A stretch of DNA of 64,000 nucleotides from a bacterium (lineage in GTDB: Bacteria; Bdellovibrionota_C; UBA2361; CALJRW01): contig JANNBC010000052.1 of assembly GCA_031385045.1 (NCBI GenBank), positions 32,001 to 96,000 of the forward strand, in the 5' to 3' direction. The position numbers and the translations under genes were made by a program. The stretch's first letter is position 1; each line of letters opens with the position of its first letter. Under the pieces are notes generated by a model. That model was not told where the DNA came from, searched no databases, and was given only the letters and a program-made list of their open reading frames with translations. This document shows positions 61,401 to 64,000 of the stretch, piece after piece.

Positions 61401-64000
61401 AGGGCTACTTGAGCTTCAATTAGATCGAAGCGACTATTACGGAGTCCAACCCAACCATACAATGTTTCAATTTTACCTTTAATTGCTGGCTTATCTAGTG
61501 TTCCTGAAATTGTCAGAGCCCCCTTTAGCTCTGCCTCAAGTAAGCTACTAATTAGAAATAAATTGCGGGAGGCTTTAATCTCAATATTGAGCAATAATTC
61601 ACTGAGGCTTCTAGTGACTGGATTAGATTTTCTTTTACTAAATAAATATTCCTGGATATATTTAATTGCCGTACCAATACCAATTTCTTTGTTAAAGATG
61701 GCTTCATTAACTCGAATTACCCCTTCCAGCACAGGAGTGCGGGACTGATCAAGAGTCATCTTTAATTGGCCTGAGGTTTCCAAATAGAATTCGGAACTAG
61801 GTTCATATTTAAAATTATCATAGTTAAGTGCTAATTCAGAAGTTGCAATATTAAAGGGGTTTATCTGTCCGATTAATTCCACCGGAGAATTGTTGATCAG
61901 GCCACTTATCTTTTGAATGGCAATGGAATTATTAATCAGGGTTACTTTACCTTGGAAGTTTTTCCCTGCAAGATCTTCATTGGCAAAAGTGAATTCTGTA
62001 TTCTTTAGTTCTGCCTTTCCAAGGATTTGAGGCTCACTAAAAGTTCCGCGAAGATTAAGACTAGCTGCGAGATTCCCTCTTAAGTCACTTAGCCAAGGAG
62101 TTAGGATAGTCAGGGCTTTTAATTGTAAATCGCCATTAATATCCAAGTTGAATGTAGAATCTAGGGCGGCACTACCTTTCACTAATATTTCCGAGTTAGT
62201 GCCATGGAGGCCAAGCTTAATTCCGGCAAGGCGGCCTTCAGTGATTTTAATCTGATTTGCTTCGTCAAGTTTTAAAGCATATTGGTTACATCCAATATCT
62301 AATTTACTAATTTTTAAGTCTCCATTTCCAACAGCAAAATTTTGGGGAGCAAAATTATAGTTAGCTTCTAAGGTCGTTTTCAGGCAATCATACTCTGGAT
62401 GATAGTCGCTAGTTTGAAAGTCATTTAATTTAATTTTAAACTGACTATCAGAATAGTTGAGTAAGTCATATTGTAAACTAGCGCTTAGGGACTCTGTTGG
62501 ATTGACTAAGTTTAAGTCAATCAATCCAGAGTCCAATTTAATTTTCCCATTTAGTGCTGATTCGCCAGCAAAGAATTTAGTGCTGAGGCTCAATGTGCCA
62601 TTTCCAACAAGTTTACTAATTTCTGCTGGGCCCGCAATATCCCCTTGACCGCTTAAATTGAAGTCTTGTAGTCGATCAAACTTTTTATTTTGAAAGTTAT
62701 AATTTTTAAAATTATAACTTAACTTTTCTAAGAATAGTTCTTCATCGACAGCTGGTAGTTTAAGCTGTCCAGAGACTTCCATCGTCCCTTGATTATTAGT
62801 GTTGAAGTGTTTTAGGTCGACACTAACTTCTTGATCGATTTTGCTGATTTCCCAATTGGTATTAGGAAACTCAAAGTCATCAATGCTCAGGTTACGTAAC
62901 TGACCTGTCACGTGAAAATTTGGATTGTTAGATTTTCCAGACAGGGCAACTTTGGCTGAGATGTTTTCTAGTTTATAGCGATCAAAAACTAGTGATCCAA
63001 TTTGTAAGTTCACACTTCCAGCCACTCCATTGCGATCAAAGAGGACAGGTTCGCCAACTTTAATTTTAAGATTATCATTAGCGAGACTGAGATCGTCAAT
63101 TTGAAAGGAAGAATCAGGCTCTAAGTGTTTAAAGGCATACTTACTAGTAAAGCTATCAAACGTTAGAGGAGGTATTTGAGGAAGATTAATTGTTAGCTGG
63201 GAGTCAGATGCTAGTGCTAGGTTTCCAGTAATTAGAGCATCTTCAACTTTGCCAGTAGCCTTTGCCGTACCAATCATTTTACCTTGCCAGTCCGCAAGTT
63301 GATAGTCTGTCGAATCAATTTCATAATTAGAATTGAAGTCAAACAGATCTGTAGTTTTAATCAAGTTTCCCTCCAGATTAAAATCTGAAGCTTTTTGGTT
63401 TACTTTAATATCAGAGAATTGTACTTCTTCATGAACAATTTTGACTTTACCATTGGCGTTTCCAACATCTAGCTGATCATTAAAAATGATTGTCCTGATT
63501 TTTGGTTTTAAGACAAAGTCATCCGCCGCATCTCTATGTAGATCTAATTCTCCACCAAGGAAGTCAATTTTTTGGCCAGCAATAGTTTCCTCCGCGCGTA
63601 AGCCCCTAATCCTTAATTCCATTAATTTTACTCGCCAGCGATTAGGATTTTTTAATCTTTCTGGGGATGGTGGTTTAGTTAATTGTTTAATAAATTTGTA
63701 GGTGGCACTTCTCCCTAAAACTCCCGCCGAAAAGCCATCTGTTAGATCCAAGCGTCGAAGATAAACTTTTTTTTGAAAGATTTCTTTAATATCAAAAGTT
63801 AATTTTAGTTTTTCAAATTCTAATCCAATCTTACCGTCTTCTTTAATGCGAGCACCTTCAGCGGAGGCTGATAGGGTGAGTAGCGAGACGTTGAGTTTAT
63901 CAACCTCAAAGGTGCAGGGGCAGGATTTTGCAGTTTCTTCTTCTAAGATTATGATTAATTCTTTGGCGATATAGGATTCAGTTACTTTTACTGCTAGACC
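58424..64000 (-). CDS. TamB/AsmA-like domain fused to POTRA repeats and an Omp85 (TamA/BamA) barrel; 5' end lies outside the window
   Basis: The frame stays open from 63751 to the window edge (GLAVKVTESYIAKE...). Beta-rich TamB-like region, POTRA motifs (YKSQGYFNAEV, YREAGYLFA, SGLFEEV), GGRNSIRGF, SPIGPIGLDFG and terminal FSVGSAF. Confidence 0.88.
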   Translation of the reverse strand, partial: GLAVKVTESYIAKELIIILEEETAKSCPCTFEVDKLNVSLLTLSASAEGARIKEDGKIGLEFEKLKLTFDIKEIFQKKVYLRRLDLTDGFSAGVLGRSATYKFIKQLTKPPSPERLKNPNRWRVKLMELRIRGLRAEETIAGQKIDFLGGELDLHRDAADDFVLKPKIRTIIFNDQLDVGNANGKVKIVHEEVQFSDIKVNQKASDFNLEGNLIKTTDLFDFNSNYEIDSTDYQLADWQGKMIGTAKATGKVEDALITGNLALASDSQLTINLPQIPPLTFDSFTSKYAFKHLEPDSSFQIDDLSLANDNLKIKVGEPVLFDRNGVAGSVNLQIGSLVFDRYKLENISAKVALSGKSNNPNFHVTGQLRNLSIDDFEFPNTNWEISKIDQEVSVDLKHFNTNNQGTMEVSGQLKLPAVDEELFLEKLSYNFKNYNFQNKKFDRLQDFNLSGQGDIAGPAEISKLVGNGTLSLSTKFFAGESALNGKIKLDSGLIDLNLVNPTESLSASLQYDLLNYSDSQFKIKLNDFQTSDYHPEYDCLKTTLEANYNFAPQNFAVGNGDLKISKLDIGCNQYALKLDEANQIKITEGRLAGIKLGLHGTNSEILVKGSAALDSTFNLDINGDLQLKALTILTPWLSDLRGNLAASLNLRGTFSEPQILGKAELKNTEFTFANEDLAGKNFQGKVTLINNSIAIQKISGLINNSPVELIGQINPFNIATSELALNYDNFKYEPSSEFYLETSGQLKMTLDQSRTPVLEGVIRVNEAIFNKEIGIGTAIKYIQEYLFSKRKSNPVTRSLSELLLNIEIKASRNLFLISSLLEAELKGALTISGTLDKPAIKGKIETLYGWVGLRNSRFDLIEAQVALSPNQPEPILTVLADTNVINRIGEPVYISMEAHGPVNAPQISFDSDANLNQQEILTLLTTRGLYRTRSQSSTSIRERINDYQERKEQGLIKDFFSALTDLDSIAIEPAFNNRSGLIEPSLTRTRQLSNQISLSSETFIGGGSNDTRFVANYDFTPRLRFTALADTANAQKNTALEFNTSLTLLSRNRKYLDTTFKGNLGLSQDAILNHLRLNPSSRLNEPDIAELTERLLKYYKSQGYFNAEVTLSCLAQLKYCQNLELNLDAKEQFKIINIEVIGDQIPDQIFNQTKKVIDSNASQKIKKDFTEELTTRLRSEGYLQARLDTKYLLSANHPQATLIVELELGQPVSFIFTGNQQFSVEELLEKTNLLKSRRLFGNNSLNILVKDIEKIYREAGYLFAVINTNQSLDQDNRLIIEITIIEEKPIQALAVEFKGIEAELLAKLKKSIRKYDQDFADNFFSPKTILDEELENNCYVLSSLLAEEGYPNSKVSYLLNSITDLEYEIVYQFQIPPPEELFLVNITGFPEELEFQNRAEKLSVARINALEESIKSNLIRNAYNDAIVKKTFQKESNQYQILIQAGNPVIIDQVDCVQDKEIECSKIIRIMNLQKDQTASIKSLNAIKANLLKSGLFEEVNLELIKKDSTSNLQDLKIRTIEKQLNSLDLGFGVNSELGFHVFSEAVDRSLFKDGRSLSLRLDQYVDQVTREINQGVAGLRYQDPYFLDKDLKFSSDLGYQKFNNPTLEFELNRIILDQSIQKSWRTLSSTFGYSFLNEQLDNVTPGAVISELDQGTVDLSYLYGNFNLDLRNDSSRPDQGLYFGLDYKLASKTIESDASFYSLLGRASWTAPVLETPFTLANNFALGSAWTYDSTPAIPISQRYYLGGRNSIRGFRENSLGPKGADGAVIGGDLSLSNNLELRYSLNQYLQLHSFYDVGNVFLNQTAISYSDLRESVGLGFRFKSPIGPIGLDFGHPLDRLEGESTWRVHFSVGSAF

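Overview
Origin-of-replication region of a low-GC, Gram-negative (diderm) bacterial chromosome. Gene content suggests a deltaproteobacterial/Bdellovibrionota-like lineage (inference from a split atpBE, a DUF4911-like gene, an MXAN_5187-like gene, gyrA-gpsA linkage and alternative complex III). Core genes are rppH (partial), recJ, gpsA, gyrA, sthA, gatCAB, ppiD, mpl, atpBE, dnaA-oriC-dnaN-recF-gyrB, glmU, panC, ssb, actABCDEF, rpmF-plsX-fabG-acpP and nrdR. An accessory stretch at 33-41 kb holds membrane glycosyltransferase-like genes, an inactivated IS3 element, a C39-like peptidase and an HTTM-DCC protein. Four signals stand out: (1) a family of small TATACT...AGTATA palindromic elements, stacked in mosaics at 1.9-2.3 kb and 40.7-41.0 kb, whose terminal stems are replaced wholesale while an internal motif is kept; (2) a single ORF of more than 1850 aa fusing a TamB-like domain to POTRA repeats and an Omp85 barrel; (3) a highly structured ~260-nt RNA candidate with a 5' pseudoknot upstream of acpP; (4) an apparent oriC-spanning inversion that split gyrB from gyrA. 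No tRNA, rRNA or CRISPR array was recognised. All calls were made by eye, without database searches.
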